A stretch of 63,537 nt of DNA, filler included, from Octopus bimaculoides (taxonomy: Eukaryota), in assembly GCF_001194135.2 (NCBI RefSeq). It is 6 parts of 6 records of this genome, joined end to end, with 100 filler letters (N's around TTAATTAATTAA, not from the genome) between each part and the next. Parts side by side here need not be neighbours in the genome. Positions count along the whole stretch, not along the records: positions 1 to 17,564 come from NC_068990.1; positions 17,665 to 39,218 come from NC_068991.1; 4 more parts are not named here. One strand, written 5' to 3'. Below the pieces are notes generated by a model. It was not told the origin of the DNA, made no database searches, and saw only the letters and a program-made list of their open reading frames with translations. Both the position numbers and the translations under genes were made by a program. This document shows positions 9,935 to 22,753 of the stretch, one piece after another. Every line of letters starts with the position of its first letter. Position 1 is the first letter of the stretch.

Positions 9935-10846
9935 CTGGTGACACATGAAATTTCTTCGAACGAGATCGTTGCCGGTGCCGCTGAACTGGCTCTTGTGTGG
10001 GGTTCTGGGATTTTTCGAGCGGGATCGTTGCTGGTGCCCCTGGNNNNNNNNNNNNNNNNNNNNNNNNNNNNNNNNNNNNNNNNNNNNNNNNNNNNNNNNN
10101 NNNNNNNNNNNNNNNNNNNNNNNNNNNNNNNNNNNNNNNNNNNNNNNNNNNNNNNNNNNNNNNNNNNNNNNNNNNNNNNNNNNNNNNNNNNNNNNNNNNN
10201 NNNNNNNNNNNNNNNNNNNNNNNNNNNNNNNNNNNNNNNNNNNNNNNNNNNNNNNNNNNNNNNNNNNNNNNNNNNNNNNNNNNNNNNNNNNNNNNNNNNN
10301 NNNNNNNNNNNNNNNNNNNNNNNNNNNNNNNNNNNNNNNNNNNNNNNNNNNNNNNNNNNNNNNNNNNNNNNNNNNNNNNNNNNNNNNNNNNNNNNNNNNN
10401 NNNNNNNNNNNNNNNNNNNNNNNNNNNNNNNNNNNNNNNNNNNNNNNNNNNNNNNNNNNNNNNNNNNNNNNNNNNNNNNNNNNNNNNNNNNNNNNNNNNN
10501 NNNNNNNNNNNNNNNNNNNNNNNNNNNNNNNNNNNNNNNNNNNNNNNNGACTGGCCTTTGTAGGGTTTCCGAGCGAGATCGTTGCCGGTGCCCCTGGACT
10601 GGCTCTTGTGCGGGTGGCACATAAAAGACACCATTTCGAGCGTGGCCGTTTTCGTGCGGGTGACACGTAAAAGCACCCACTACACTCTCTGAGTGGTTGG
10701 CATTAGGAAGGGCATCCAGCTGTAGAAACTCTGCCAAATTAGATTGGAGCCTGGTGTTGCCATCCGGTTTCACCAGTCCTCAGTCAAATTGTCCAACCCA
10801 TGCTAGCATGGAAGGCGGACGTTAAACGATGATGATGATGTTGATG
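9935..10846 (+). mobile_element. RTE-type (GAT)n-tailed repeat spanning an N gap
   Basis: 10590-10846 is nearly identical to 13770-14006 and ends gttaaacgatgatgatgatg. Confidence 0.75.
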
Positions 10847-11108
10847 ATATATATATATATATATGCAAAAATGGGTATAGGACATCACCAACAGTAAACA
10901 ACATGAAATACAAAAATAAATGAGTTAAATACGCAAATAACGAGGGTAAAAATGGAAAGCAAGACAAGTAATACAAGGAATACAAAGAACGAACCTTCAT
11001 CAGTTGTCGGCTGTCTATCTATTCTCCGTTTCGAGCAATCAACGACAATATGAGTCTTCAAAGACAATCGCTCCCATAAATACTAAAATAAAATTTTGTA
11101 TTTTCTAG

Positions 11109-11246
11109 GAGAACCACATTCTACTCCATTTCTTAGAAGAGAGAAATCTTTGACTAAGTCCTGGCAGACACCAGAGAAACACAAGACATCAGGAGAAGTT
11201 CATTTCAACAAGACAACAAAACCTGTTAAAGGACAGAAATCTGAAG
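11109..11246 (+). CDS. C8orf34: C8orf34-like exon 5 (G-EPHSTPFLRREKSLTKSWQTPEK...GQKSE)
   Basis: ttttctag|GA ... GAA G|gtgagg; 138 nt, phase 1/1. SLTKSW resembles the recalled human SYDKPW motif. Confidence 0.72.
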
Positions 11247-12120
11247 GTGAGGGATTTATCAATGGAAAAAGTAAAGTGAAAAAAGAAAAACAAAACAAGC
11301 CTGATCCAAAAATTGTTACTTTAGTTAATGCTTACAACACATTTTATGTCATTGTGATGGAAGAATTTAGGATTGTTTTTCTACAGTGATTTTGTAGGAT
11401 ATTATTTGAAGGAGAGTTAGTTGTTATTTCTAACAGGTTGAATAAGCATATAGAACCAGATTTATTCACTTTTGTAAACTGAGAGACAAAATTGTTTCAA
11501 ATATGGGCACAAGACCAGCAATTTTAGTAGGAGAGGGTTAGTCAATTACATCAACCCCAGTACATGACTGGTGCTGAATATTATTGACCCTAGAAGGATG
11601 TAAAGCAAAGAGGACCTCAGCAGGATTTGAACTGAGAGCATAAAGAGCTGGAACAAATACCACTAAGTATTTTTGTCTGAGGCACTGCAAAATTGAAAGA
11701 GATATAGCCAAGGACTACAAAGTATTTTTGACTGATTCTCAAAGGTTCTTCCACCTACTGCTCCAATGCTTTTCATTTGTAGGACAAACAGCTGAAATAT
11801 TTCTTAAGTTAGTTTAGTTTTAATTGAACAATAATTGTTCTTTGGTTGCTAAATATAGTCTGATAAAACTAGATATTTTCAAAGTTAGTAGAAGTTTTAT
11901 TAGAATTCAATCTGTAGCTCGTAAGACAAAGAAACAAAAAAAAAAGAATAAGGTACTTATGTGAGTGGGGTTGTAGTAGATAAGGAGGTAGTTTTATTAT
12001 CAAGTGTTGACAGGCTTAAATCTGCTGATAGAACAGGTGTAGGTATCTTGTTATAGAAGAGATACATGGCAATAGAAAAATCAAAACCAAGTCTCTATTT
12101 GAAAGAAATGTTTTTTTCAG

Positions 12121-12284
12121 ACAAAAAAGAGAAGACTGGCTGGAATTCACTGACCAAAATCACTAGCAGTACTTTTGATGAATTTTCCAACCAAACCAAA
12201 GGAAGTCCTTCCAAATCAACCAAAGTGGAATCGGTTCCTAAGATGAAAGATGTACGAAAATCTTGGGCCATGGGTACCCTTGAG
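12121..12284 (+). CDS. C8orf34: C8orf34-like exon 6 (D-KKEKTGWNSLTKITSSTFDEFSNQ...SWAMGTLE)
   Basis: ttttttcag|AC ... GAG|gtattt; 164 nt, phase 1/0. W..TK..S..FDE resembles the recalled human WNWRTKPQSRDFDE. Confidence 0.75.
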
Positions 12285-12838
12285 GTATTTAAGTTTTATT
12301 GAAGTTTTAACTGAAATATATCTTATAACTATTGTTGTTGTTGTTGTTAAGCCCTGGGTCAACCCTGGTTGGAAAGACTTAGAATTGGAAGCTTTCCAGT
12401 TGTGACCATCCCTTCTGCTCCCTATATGCATGGAACCCAGGTTCCTTTTTTAAGAATTGTAGATAGGTGCTAGTGTGGTTATGTGGTTAAGAAGCTTGCT
12501 TCCCTGCCACACGGTTTAGGGTTCAGTCCCACTGCCTGGCACCTTGGGCAAATGTTGTCTACCATAGCTGCAGGCTGCCCAAAGCCTTGTGGTTGGATTT
12601 AGTAAATGGAGGAAACTGAAAGAAGCCTACAATATATATGTAAGATGGCGAGCTGGCAGAATTGTTATGACATTGGACAAAATGCTTTGTGGAATTTCAT
12701 CTGTCTTTATGTACTGAGTTCAAATTCTGCTGAGATTAACTTAACTTTTCATTCTTTCAGGGTCAGTAAAATAAATACCAGCTGAGCACTCCGCAAAATT
12801 GCTGGCCGTGTGCAGAAATGTGAAACCAATATGTATGA

Positions 12839-12876
<38 letters not shown>

Positions 12877-12919
12877 ATGCGTGCATGTGTATGTGTATCT
12901 ATTTATGTACTTGTGTCTA

Positions 12920-14006
12920 TATCATCATCATCGTCGTTTAACGTCCATTTTCCATGCTGGCATGGGTTGGACGATTCGACTGGGGTCTGGGAAGCCAGGA
13001 GGCTGCATCAGGCTCCAGTCTGATCTGGCAGTATTTCTACAGCTGGATGTCCTTCCTAATGCCAACCACTCCGAGAGTGTAGTGGGTGCTTTTTACGTGC
13101 CACCGGAACAGGGGCCATGGGAGGCTGGCAACAACCACGATCGGTTGGTGCTTTTTACGGAAGCCATTCAAGGTGGCACTGGCATTGGCCACGTGCAGAT
13201 GGTGCTTTTTACGTGCCACTGGCACNNNNNNNNNNNNNNNNNNNNNNNNNNNNNNNNNNNNNNNNNNNNNNNNNNNNNNNNNNNNNNNNNNNNNNNNNNN
13301 NNNNNNNNNNNNNNNNNNNNNNNNNNNNNNNNNNNNNNNNNNNNNNNNNNNNNNNNNNNNNNNNNNNNNNNNNNNNNNNNNNNNNNNNNNNNNNNNNNNN
13401 NNNNNNNNNNNNNNNNNNNNNNNNNNNNNNNNNNNNNNNNNNNNNNNNNNNNNNNNNNNNNNNNNNNNNNNNNNNNNNNNNNNNNNNNNNNNNNNNNNNN
13501 NNNNNNNNNNNNNNNNNNNNNNNNNNNNNNNNNNNNNNNNNNNNNNNNNNNNNNNNNNNNNNNNNNNNNNNNNNNNNNNNNNNNNNNNNNNNNNNNNNNN
13601 NNNNNNNNNNNNNNNNNNNNNNNNNNNNNNNNNNNNNNNNNNNNNNNNNNNNNNNNNNNNNNNNNNNNNNNNNNNNNNNNNNNNNNNNNNNNNNNNNNNN
13701 NNNNNNNNNNGGCCGTTGCCAGTACCGCCTGACTGGCTCCCGTATGATTTTCGAGTGAGATCGTTGCCAGTGCCCCTGGACTGGCTTGTGCGGGTGGCAC
13801 ATAAAAGACACCATTTCGAGCGTGGCCGTTTTCGTGCGGGTGACACGTAAAAGCACCTACTACACTCTCTGAGTGGTTGGCGTTAGGAAGGGCATCCAGC
13901 TGTAGAAACTCTGCCAAATTAGATTGGAGCCTGGTGTTGCCATCCGGTTTCACCAGTCCTCAGTCAAATCGTCCATTACTGGTGCCATGAAAAAGCGGAC
14001 GTTAAA
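12920..14006. mobile_element. Two RTE-type (GAT)n-tailed repeats in opposite orientation either side of an N gap
   Basis: 12920-13225 reads as the reverse complement of the family (catcatcgtcgtttaacg...); 13711-14006 reads forward. Confidence 0.7.
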
Positions 14007-14090
14007 CGATGATGATGATGATGATGATATATATATTTACAAATGGGTAAAACATATAAGTAGTGCATAATGTTACATAAATATTTCAAA

Positions 14091-14689
14091 GATTTTTATA
14101 AAAACATAACAACCAGAAAATTTGACAAAAACATAACAAACTGAAAATTTGACAAACCCAAACACATGGAAAATTCACAGCTAATTCCTCATCAGTCAAT
14201 GTCCAAGAGATCATAATAGTTTCATGCTGTTTTCATTGAAACTACTCCCTCATTGGAGGCACCAGTGCAAAAAAGCCACTGGGAATAGCTAACGAACATA
14301 CAGAACAATGACGAAAACAAACAAGACAAACTAAAATAATTATAATAATTATACATATACAATGAAAAAAGCTACATGGCTATCAGACAGACTAATATAG
14401 GTAACGCAAAAGGAAATGGAAAAGTCCTAAAGGACTGGGGACACAGGAAGGGAAGAAGTAAACAAACTGGGGAGGACAAAGTGAAGGAGCACCAAGAAGC
14501 GTGACCAATAAAGTCGGTAGCCAGGGTGCCTCCAATGAAGGAGTAGTCTCAACGATAACAGCATGAAACTATTATGATCTCTTGGACATTGACCGATGAG
14601 GAATTAGCTACAAATTTTTCCGTATGTTTGGTTTTGTCAAATTTTCTGTGTTTTTGTTAAATTTTCCAGTTGTTGTTTTTATAAAAATC
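14091..14689. repeat. Long imperfect inverted repeat (arms 14091-14263 and 14525-14689)
   Basis: Arms align over about 170 bp, e.g. agctaattcctcatcagtcaatgtccaagagatcataatagtttcatgctgtt versus the reverse complement of 14557-14609. Confidence 0.85.
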
Positions 14690-14890
14690 CTCTTCCATCT
14701 TCTTACTCTGTTAAAGTATTTGAGTAAAATTGTATGAATGTGTCCGACTGATTAAAACTCTTTTTATTTGTGCAGCTGATGGTAGCCCTGCATTTAAATT
14801 GATATAATGATTGCATTGATCAATTAAATGGAGCCTCTTCAAACAGTCATACTGCATCACTTTTTGATATCCTGTTGCTTATTTTGATTT

Positions 14891-15176
14891 ATGACGAAGG
14901 GAAATAGCCCTGAAACTCGAGTCGCCTTTATATATATATATTTATATTTATATATTTATATATTTGATCCTTTATATTGAACACTCAATATTTCATCTAC
15001 ATTCAATACTTTCTTTCATGGTGCCATCCATTTTTATTTTATTTTATTTTATATTGTATATTGTATATTATATTATATATTGTATATTCCATATTCTATA
15101 CCCCACATTAGTTCTGCAGGAATATAAATAAAACATAAAAAACAGACAGTGTTGGAACTCTTTTAAACAAAATAAT
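14891..15176 (+). mobile_element. Penelope-like terminal repeat, copy 2, with minimal hammerhead-like motif at 14891-14923
   Basis: ATGACGA-AGGG-AAATAG-CCCT-GAAAC-TCGA-GTC; near-identical to 2864-3131. Confidence 0.62.
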
Positions 15177-15225
15177 ATATATATATATATATACATACAT
15201 ATATATATATATACATATGTATATA

Positions 15226-15283
<58 letters not shown>

Positions 15284-15304
15284 CTTTATGTATGTACATT
15301 CCAG

Positions 15305-15486
15305 GAGGCAAACAACAGAGAGACAAGTCATTATATATCACTGATCAGCCCTAAATATTTACACACCAAAAAGAAACGTAATGAAGATGAGTTATTCTCT
15401 GATGAGCTGCCATCTACTCCAAGTTTGAAGTCTTATAGATCTGAGAAGAGTGTGGATACTTTTAGTAATTCTACATATACTTCCAG
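15305..15486 (+). CDS. C8orf34: C8orf34-like exon 7 ([10 protein letters not shown]...[34 protein letters not shown] + 2 nt)
   Basis: acattccag|GAG ... TCC AG|gtaact; 182 nt, open, phase 0/2, consistent with exon 6. Confidence 0.68.
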
Positions 15487-16155
15487 GTAACTAAACACAC
15501 CATGAACGGGGATTGTTTGATGTTTAGGGGTTAATAAGTTAATGAATAGTTATCATTATCATCGTTGTCATCTATATTACCATTGTTCATATTGCTACCA
15601 CCACAGTCACCACCATCACTACCACTACCTCAACCACCACCATCATCATCATCATTATTATTTCACATCTGTTTTCCCTGTCCATGCTGGCATGATTTGG
15701 GTGGTTCAACAAGATGCAGTGGGTCAGAGGTCCACCTCATACTCCAATGTTTGCTTTGGCGTGGTTTCTGTGCCTGGATGCCTTTCCTAACACTAACCAC
15801 CTTACAGAATGTGCTACATACTATTTTTCATGGCACCAGTAATGTGGAGGCTGCCCCTGCTAGCAACCTTCAATTTGGTTTATTAACCATTTTACAGAGT
15901 ATAGTGGGTACTCTTTTTTATGGTACAGTATTGGTGTGAGTCCCTTGTAGCTCATAAGGCAAAAGAGAGCTCCCATGATGAGTGGAACAGATTTTTTATT
16001 ATTGTTGTGAAAGGATGACCGTGGAGAGAATGAAAGAAATTAGATTCAGCTCACCTTTGCTGATTGCTATTGTCATTATTAAGAAACATGGATCAGCTTT
16101 TTTGAGAAGATATATAGTATAGAGACAGGTTCAACTTCTCAAAGCTCTCCTGTAG

Positions 16156-16210
16156 TGAGTCAGAAGTTGCTGAAGGAGATTTGACTATAATGCGCAACAG
16201 GTTGAACTGA
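16156..16210 (+). CDS. Candidate terminal exon of the C8orf34-like gene (S-ESEVAEGDLTIMRNRLN*)
   Basis: ctctcctgtag|T GAG TCA...TGA; phase-2 start fits exon 7. No support beyond phase and acceptor. Confidence 0.35.
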
Positions 16211-16226
16211 ACAGAAACTTCCTTCC

Positions 16227-16457
16227 AGGCAGCGAGCTGGCAGAAACGTTAGCATGCCGGGCAAAATGCTTAGCGGTATTTCGTCTGCCGTTCTGAGTTC
16301 AAATTCCGCCAAAGTTGACCTTGCCTTTCATCCTTTCGGGGTCGATAAATTAAGTACCAGTTACGCACTGGGGTCAATGTAATCGACTTAATCCCTTTGT
16401 CTGTCTTTGTTTGTCCCCTCTATGTTTAGCCCCTTGTGGGCAATAAAGAAATAAGAA
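16227..16457 (+). mobile_element. SINE family B (gcgagctggcagaa...gtcgactttgcctttcatcctttcggggtcgataaa; MetaSINE-like core) with 14-bp TSD
   Basis: AGAAACTTCCTTCC directly repeated at 16213-16226 and 16454-16467. The MetaSINE assignment is from memory. Confidence 0.85.
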
Positions 16458-17444
16458 ACTTCCTTCCTAGTTTGCATTTTTTTAAACTACTATTCTTTAT
16501 TCTTAACACTCTCTATCTGTCATTGACTGTCCCCACCATTTTTGTTCATCACTCACTATATTTCCTCCCTATGTATCTCTGACCATCATCTCTATCACTG
16601 TGTACCTTTCTCTCTCTCCTCTTTTTCCCACACTCCATCTTTACCTTCTTGTCCTACATATAATCTCCCTATTTTCTGATTTATCTGAAGTTTTAATATG
16701 TCTTCCCTCCATCCTGTCTGTACTGCCACTTACCACCTCCTCCTTCTGGAGATACTCCTAATTCTTTCATTTTCCCACTCATTTCATATTTACAGTCAAC
16801 CACACCTCCATCTTTGTTTACCATTCACTACATTCACCTCTGCACTTCATCTCTAACCATCTGTCACTCTCTTCTCACATTCTTGTAAACTTACCCACCT
16901 GCCATCCCCAATCTTTGGTCACTATTCTACCTTCTTTTCACCTTATACCTTGAGAATACACCCTAACACCTTATCTTTATCTCTTGTTCCAGCTACTCCC
17001 ATCTACCCTTATGTGGGGTAGCCATGCATCTCCTCAAAAACTATGGACCTGCATCATTTTAAAACTTCAGCATCATTTAATGCCATTTTCCAAGGGTTGG
17101 ACAGCTTGAGAGGAACTGGCTTTGGTATGGTTTCTACAGCTGGATGCCCTTCTTAATGCCACCCACTCTACAAAGTGTACTGGGTACTTTTTATGTGGCA
17201 CTGGTACTTCTTGTTTGAAAATGATCTAAACCAAGACCTTCCATCTAAATTTCATATTTATATTCCAACCATCAGCCTAATGACGACAATTATTTTAATA
17301 AACTCTTCATTATTTTCAAAATTAAATTAAACCAGTGTATTTTAGCAGAAATAGAATAATGAAAAGGTTAATGAGTCAATCAATGAAACTCAAAATAGAG
17401 TAATTTTGGTATTTATTGCAGATATTGAAAATGACAATTCTTTC

Positions 17445-17564
<120 letters not shown>

Positions 17565-18142
17565 NNNNNNNNNNNNNNNNNNNNNNNNNNNNNNNNNNNN
17601 NNNNNNNNTTAATTAATTAANNNNNNNNNNNNNNNNNNNNNNNNNNNNNNNNNNNNNNNNNNNNATATACATACATATACTCACACACACACACACATAT
17701 ATATATGTACGTAAGTATTTATGTCTGTATATATAGGGAAGGAGATAGAAATAATTGTAATTGACAAATATATGCTTGTTTGGTTATATGTCTATTTGTA
17801 ACTGTAAATGACCGTCTGCATGTATGGATAAATTTATATGTGTATATGTGTAACAGTGTATAGATATACAGATTTCTAAACGCTTGCATGTTTGTGTGAA
17901 AATTCATGTGAATTCATATATTTATAACTGTGGATGTAGTCAGCTATATGTCTGCTTCTGTATGATATCTCAGTGATAACGTTTGATCTGTCGCAATGCA
18001 AAATCGTGATTGTGGAACGCATGTGCCGCGGCAGTATTCGTATGTAGTCCTGTCTTGTCTCAAAGAAATTATTATAATAATAATAATAATCATTATTATT
18101 ATTATCATTATTATATACAAAAACACTAAAGAAAAACCCTAA

Positions 18143-18363
18143 TCATTTTCTCTCTGTTAGGCTTGGCCCTTTGCATGTATGCAAGTCCACATATTCTGTG
18201 CATTCTTTGCATTTCACTTGACAACACCAGAGAAATTTGCACTGGCACTTCTTTATCATTTTCACTGTTTCTGTGTCATATCCTCGCCCGCAACACATTA
18301 TGTCGCATCCATCGGGGCCCATTGACGTTTTGTTGCACTGGCGACCTGCTGTCCCGAGAGAAC
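18143..18363 (-). CDS. Wnt2: Wnt2 terminal coding exon 5 ([31 protein letters not shown]...[34 protein letters not shown])
   Basis: cttctttcag|GT TCT...; TGA at 18145-18143; 221 nt. Canonical Wnt C-terminal cysteine pattern; not in the ORF track. Confidence 0.97.
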
Positions 18364-18652
18364 CTGAAAGAAGAGTAAAAACAAAAATGGAAATATTATG
18401 AGAAATAGTGGTTTCTTCAGGTTTTTATTTTTTGATGTGAAACAGCAATTAAAAATAACAGCAACAGCAACAAACAATGAAACAATAACAAAAATATCAT
18501 GATTGTGAGGCAACGATTTAAACAGCTACATGATTCCGCTAATTGTTTCAGATACTAATGTTGTTGCGAGCTAACAATGACTCCTCGGCCCCGTTCACTT
18601 TTAATCAGAAGGCAGGCCAAAGATGTGACGGCTAAAAGCAGAGAGAGAGAGG

Positions 18653-18694
<42 letters not shown>

Positions 18695-18858
18695 TAGAGT
18701 AGCATTAGCACTTGCCTTGCAATGCGTCACACGGAAAAGAATCCACGGTCTTAAGATCCTGATTCAAACATTCTTGCAACTAATCTGCGCACCTTCACAC
18801 TCACGTGTATGCGCGTACGCACACACACAATTACTATTTTATACATCTACATAGAATA

Positions 18859-19173
18859 GCAGTGGAGGCACACGGCCTAGAGGTTAGAGCAGCGGACTCG
18901 CGGTTGAGGGATCACGTGTTCGAATCTCAGACCGGGTGATGTTCGAAACCTCTAACCTCCACGCGGTTCCGGCTGAAGTGAAAGTAATGACGAACTTCTG
19001 CTGACTCTTTCGCTACAACTTTCTCTCACTCTTTCCTCCTGCATCTAGCATCTCACCTGCGACGGAGAGGTGTGTCGTTCAGGTGGGAAACCTATACGCT
19101 AATGAAACCGGGAAACCGGCCCTTATTAACTAAGCACGGCTCGAGAGGGAACAAACAACAACAACAACAACAT
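18859..19173 (+). mobile_element. tRNA-derived SINE family C with (AAC)n tail and TSD
   Basis: Head ggaggcacacggcctagaggttagagcagcgg...gttcgaatctc; ATAGAATA at 18851-18858 and 19174-19181. Confidence 0.75.
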
Positions 19174-19586
19174 ATAGAATAACTAGTTTCTTAAAATTTG
19201 CTCGACTATTACACAGTGTACAAACCTGAGTGGGCATTCATAGACACGCATACGCAGAAACATACATAAGCACATAAACAATACATACATACGTAAAGCT
19301 GTATAAATGTATGAGTACATGCATACAGTACACATATATGTATATGTGCGTGTGCCTATATAGATGCATATCTATCAATTTATCCATTTATTAACCTTTT
19401 ACTTGTTTCACTCAATAGACTGAGGCAAGCAGGAAAGGATTGGCTTCACACACACACATACACACATCATTTATGTTTCTCTTTCATGCTCATTCTCTCT
19501 ATGTGTATATAGGCATATATGTATATACACACACACATACACTCATAGGCATATACATACATACATCTATATATATATATATAAAT

Positions 19587-19632
<46 letters not shown>

Positions 19633-20236
19633 ACTTGCGTGTTTGTGCATGTGCCTGTATCCATATATACACTCACACTCACACACACACACACACATAT
19701 ATATATACACACATATCCACACACATCAATCACATACATGTTTCTTGTGTACTTTCCTTCACACACACATTCATGCATCCGAACATGCATACATACATAC
19801 ATACATGCATACATACATAAGTACTTGCATATTTACGTACGTACCTACATACATACACAAACGTACACACGTTATAAACGGAAAACCCCACACACCACTC
19901 ACGACACAACCAGAGATACTCAGCCACATGTAAATCTGAAACATAATACCCAAGACAAGCATCCAACATCTAAAATTAATTATAGCCTGTAAATCACTAA
20001 AACCTTACCCCTACAAACAGATCATTGCCCCGTAAACAAAGGGTTACCTTTTAGGGAGACGGAACCCGCAAAAGACGCGTGCTTGTGCATACATTCAGGG
20101 TTTAGCTGTGAAATACTTAATCCCTCTGTCTCTACAGGGTCATTGACAGTAATCATTCTCTATTAACAGGCTATTGTCCCTTTCATCTTTTTCTAGCCAT
20201 CTAGCCTTCTACACACACGCACACACACACACACAC

Positions 20237-20272
<36 letters not shown>

Positions 20273-20489
20273 NNNNNNNNNNNNNNNNNNNNNNNNNNNN
20301 NNNNNNNNNNNNNNNNNNNNNNNNNNNNNNNNNNNNNNNNNNNNNNNNNNNNNNNNNNNNNNNNNNNNNNNNNNNNNNNNNNNNNNNNNNNNNNNNNNNN
20401 NNNNNNNNNNNNNNNNNNNNNNNNNNNNNNNNNNNNNNNNNNNNNNNNNNNNNNNNNNNNNNNNNNNNNNNNNNNNNNNNNNNNNNNNN

Positions 20490-20560
<71 letters not shown>

Positions 20561-20683
20561 CTCTGTGTGTACAATTGGGTATCTATTAATATCTTCCTGT
20601 TTATGTCTTCTTTTTGCTGTAGATATATACGTACAAGCATACACACATATACTGGCACGCATGAATGTGTGTATTCGTGTGTA

Positions 20684-21578
20684 CGTAATCTGATCAATAA
20701 CTATCCGGATTGTTGCCATAGTAGCGAAGCTAAATCACTTAGAGTGAAACCGATCGGCACAGAGTGACCATGCACTTTGTTGTGTATGTGCATTAAGTTT
20801 TAACGTTCTAGCTCATTTCCGCTGTTTACAGCGGTACTTAGAAGGAACCTGTGTAGCGTGTGATCGTCGCATTGACAATGGCAGAGAAAGTTGAGCAGAG
20901 AATCTGTATCAAATTTTGTCAAAAAGTTACCAAGGCCTGCTCAGAGGCCGACATAAAGTTTTCAAAAAGTTTTCATCGTTCTCGACACAATCAAGGAGAT
21001 TTTGTATAACTGAAACTCGAGCTTGGTCAGCTGAAAGCAGTTTCGGCTCAGACCTGGCAGACACGCGTCCCATACTAAAATCTTCAGTGAAAATGAACTG
21101 AACTGAACTGAACCTTAAGTAGTCTGCACATCCTCTGATAACTCACGGATGGTGATTTGACGATTTTCCCTCAGAGTTGCACGCACATCTGCAATGTTTT
21201 TCTCAGATCTGTTGGTTGCGGGACTCCCAGAACGTTCCTCAATATCGTCATTTTTTCAGCCATCTTGAAAACGTCTGATCCACCCGTACACTTGTGTGCA
21301 GCTCATACACTCTTCTCCATACACTTTCTGCAACTATGTGTATGCTTCTGAGCAGCTATCGCCATGACAGCTTTCTCTGTCAACGTCTATTTGTCGCTCA
21401 CAAGCTACACACCTTCCTTCCAAGCTCAGCTGTAAACAGCGGAAGTGAGCTAGAAAGTCCAAACTTAGTACCTATGTACAGCAAAGGTCAAGGTCAATCT
21501 TTGCTAAGCGGGTTTACTCAGCGTTTCTTTAGCATCGTTACTGCGGCAACAGCGTGGATACTTATTGATCACACCTCG
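20684..21578. mobile_element. Mariner-derived element with two inward-facing 5' ends, TA-flanked
   Basis: TA|CGTAATCTGATCAATAACTATCC at left and the reverse complement of TA|CGAGGTGTGATCAATAAGTATCC at right. Plus strand MAEKVEQRICIKFCQK; minus strand LQKVYGEECMSCTQVYGWIRRFQDG...RQITIRELSED. Confidence 0.8.
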
Positions 21579-21632
21579 TATAATATATGTAATATATATA
21601 CATACATATACATGTATACTATTTTTTACTAT

Positions 21633-22020
21633 TTTACTTGTTTCAGTCTTTTGACTGTGGTCATGCTGGAGCACCACCTTTTAGTCGAGCAAATCGACCC
21701 CAGGACTTATTCTTTAGAAGCCTAGTACTTATTCTATCGGTCTCTTTTGCCGAACCGCTAAGTTACGGGGACATAAACACACCAGCATCGGTTGTCAAGC
21801 GATGTTGGGGAGAAAAAGACAGACACACAAACACATACATATATATATACATACATACGACGGGCTTCTTTCAGTTTCCGTCTACCAAATCCACTCACAA
21901 GGCTTTGGTCAGCCCGAGGCTATAGTAGAAGACACTTGCCCAAGATGCCACGCAGTGGGACTGAACCCGGGACCATGTGGTTGGTAAGCAAGCTACTTAC
22001 CACACAGCCACTCCTACGCC
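21633..22020 (-). mobile_element. SINE family A, full length
   Basis: Reverse complement of the family at 9454-9860. Confidence 0.9.
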
Positions 22021-22024
22021 TACG

Positions 22025-22100
<76 letters not shown>

Positions 22101-22689
22101 ATATACACATATACAAGCATATATGTAAATGCATATATACAAGTAAACCTATATATATACCAGACCAAGCATTAATAAGCGTTTGCATACATTAGCTACT
22201 CAAATCACAATATGCAGACATTTATACTTGTGCCTGCGCGCGCGCGTGCGCGTGTGTTTGTGTTTACTTGTTCGTACAATAAGCCACCGGAGGGAAGGTA
22301 TGGACAATTAGACAAAATATTGCTGGTCAGGATCAGATAATCCTTCAGCAAAGCTCTACGAAACCCCTTGATGTAAATCGAAAAGGGACCATAAAGGTTT
22401 ATAATCCCCTACCCTACGTTTCATTATTCCGGGGAAAACGGAAGGTGTTTCAAACATTTTATTTTCTCTTGAACTGGGTGTACAAAAAAATAAAAGTCGT
22501 TAGATTGTTTAAGGGGTGTTTAAGGAGTTGTCTGAGGGTAGGATGATGGAGTGAACTTGCTGTAGAATTTAAGGCGTGTTGGGTGTAGAGGTGTAGGGGC
22601 TGTTGAGTGTACGTGGTTTATTTACTTATACAGAAGATAGATCTTATCGTTTGGTGGAGGAACAACGGTGATGATGAAGGGGACGAAGG

Positions 22690-22753
22690 AGAAGAAGAAG
22701 AAGAAGAAGAAGAAGAAGAAGAAGAAGAAGAAGAAGAAGAAGAAGAAGAAGAA
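22690..22753 (+). repeat. (GAA)n microsatellite
   Basis: Perfect GAA run into an N gap. Confidence 0.95.

Noticed and set aside
17609-17620. TTAATTAATTAA islands inside N runs (also 39263-39274, 46739-46750, 59756-59767, 62221-62232)
   Set aside because: An identical 12-mer with stops in all six frames, padded by about 44 N each side: an assembly join spacer, not biology. It also weakens long-range inferences across these points.
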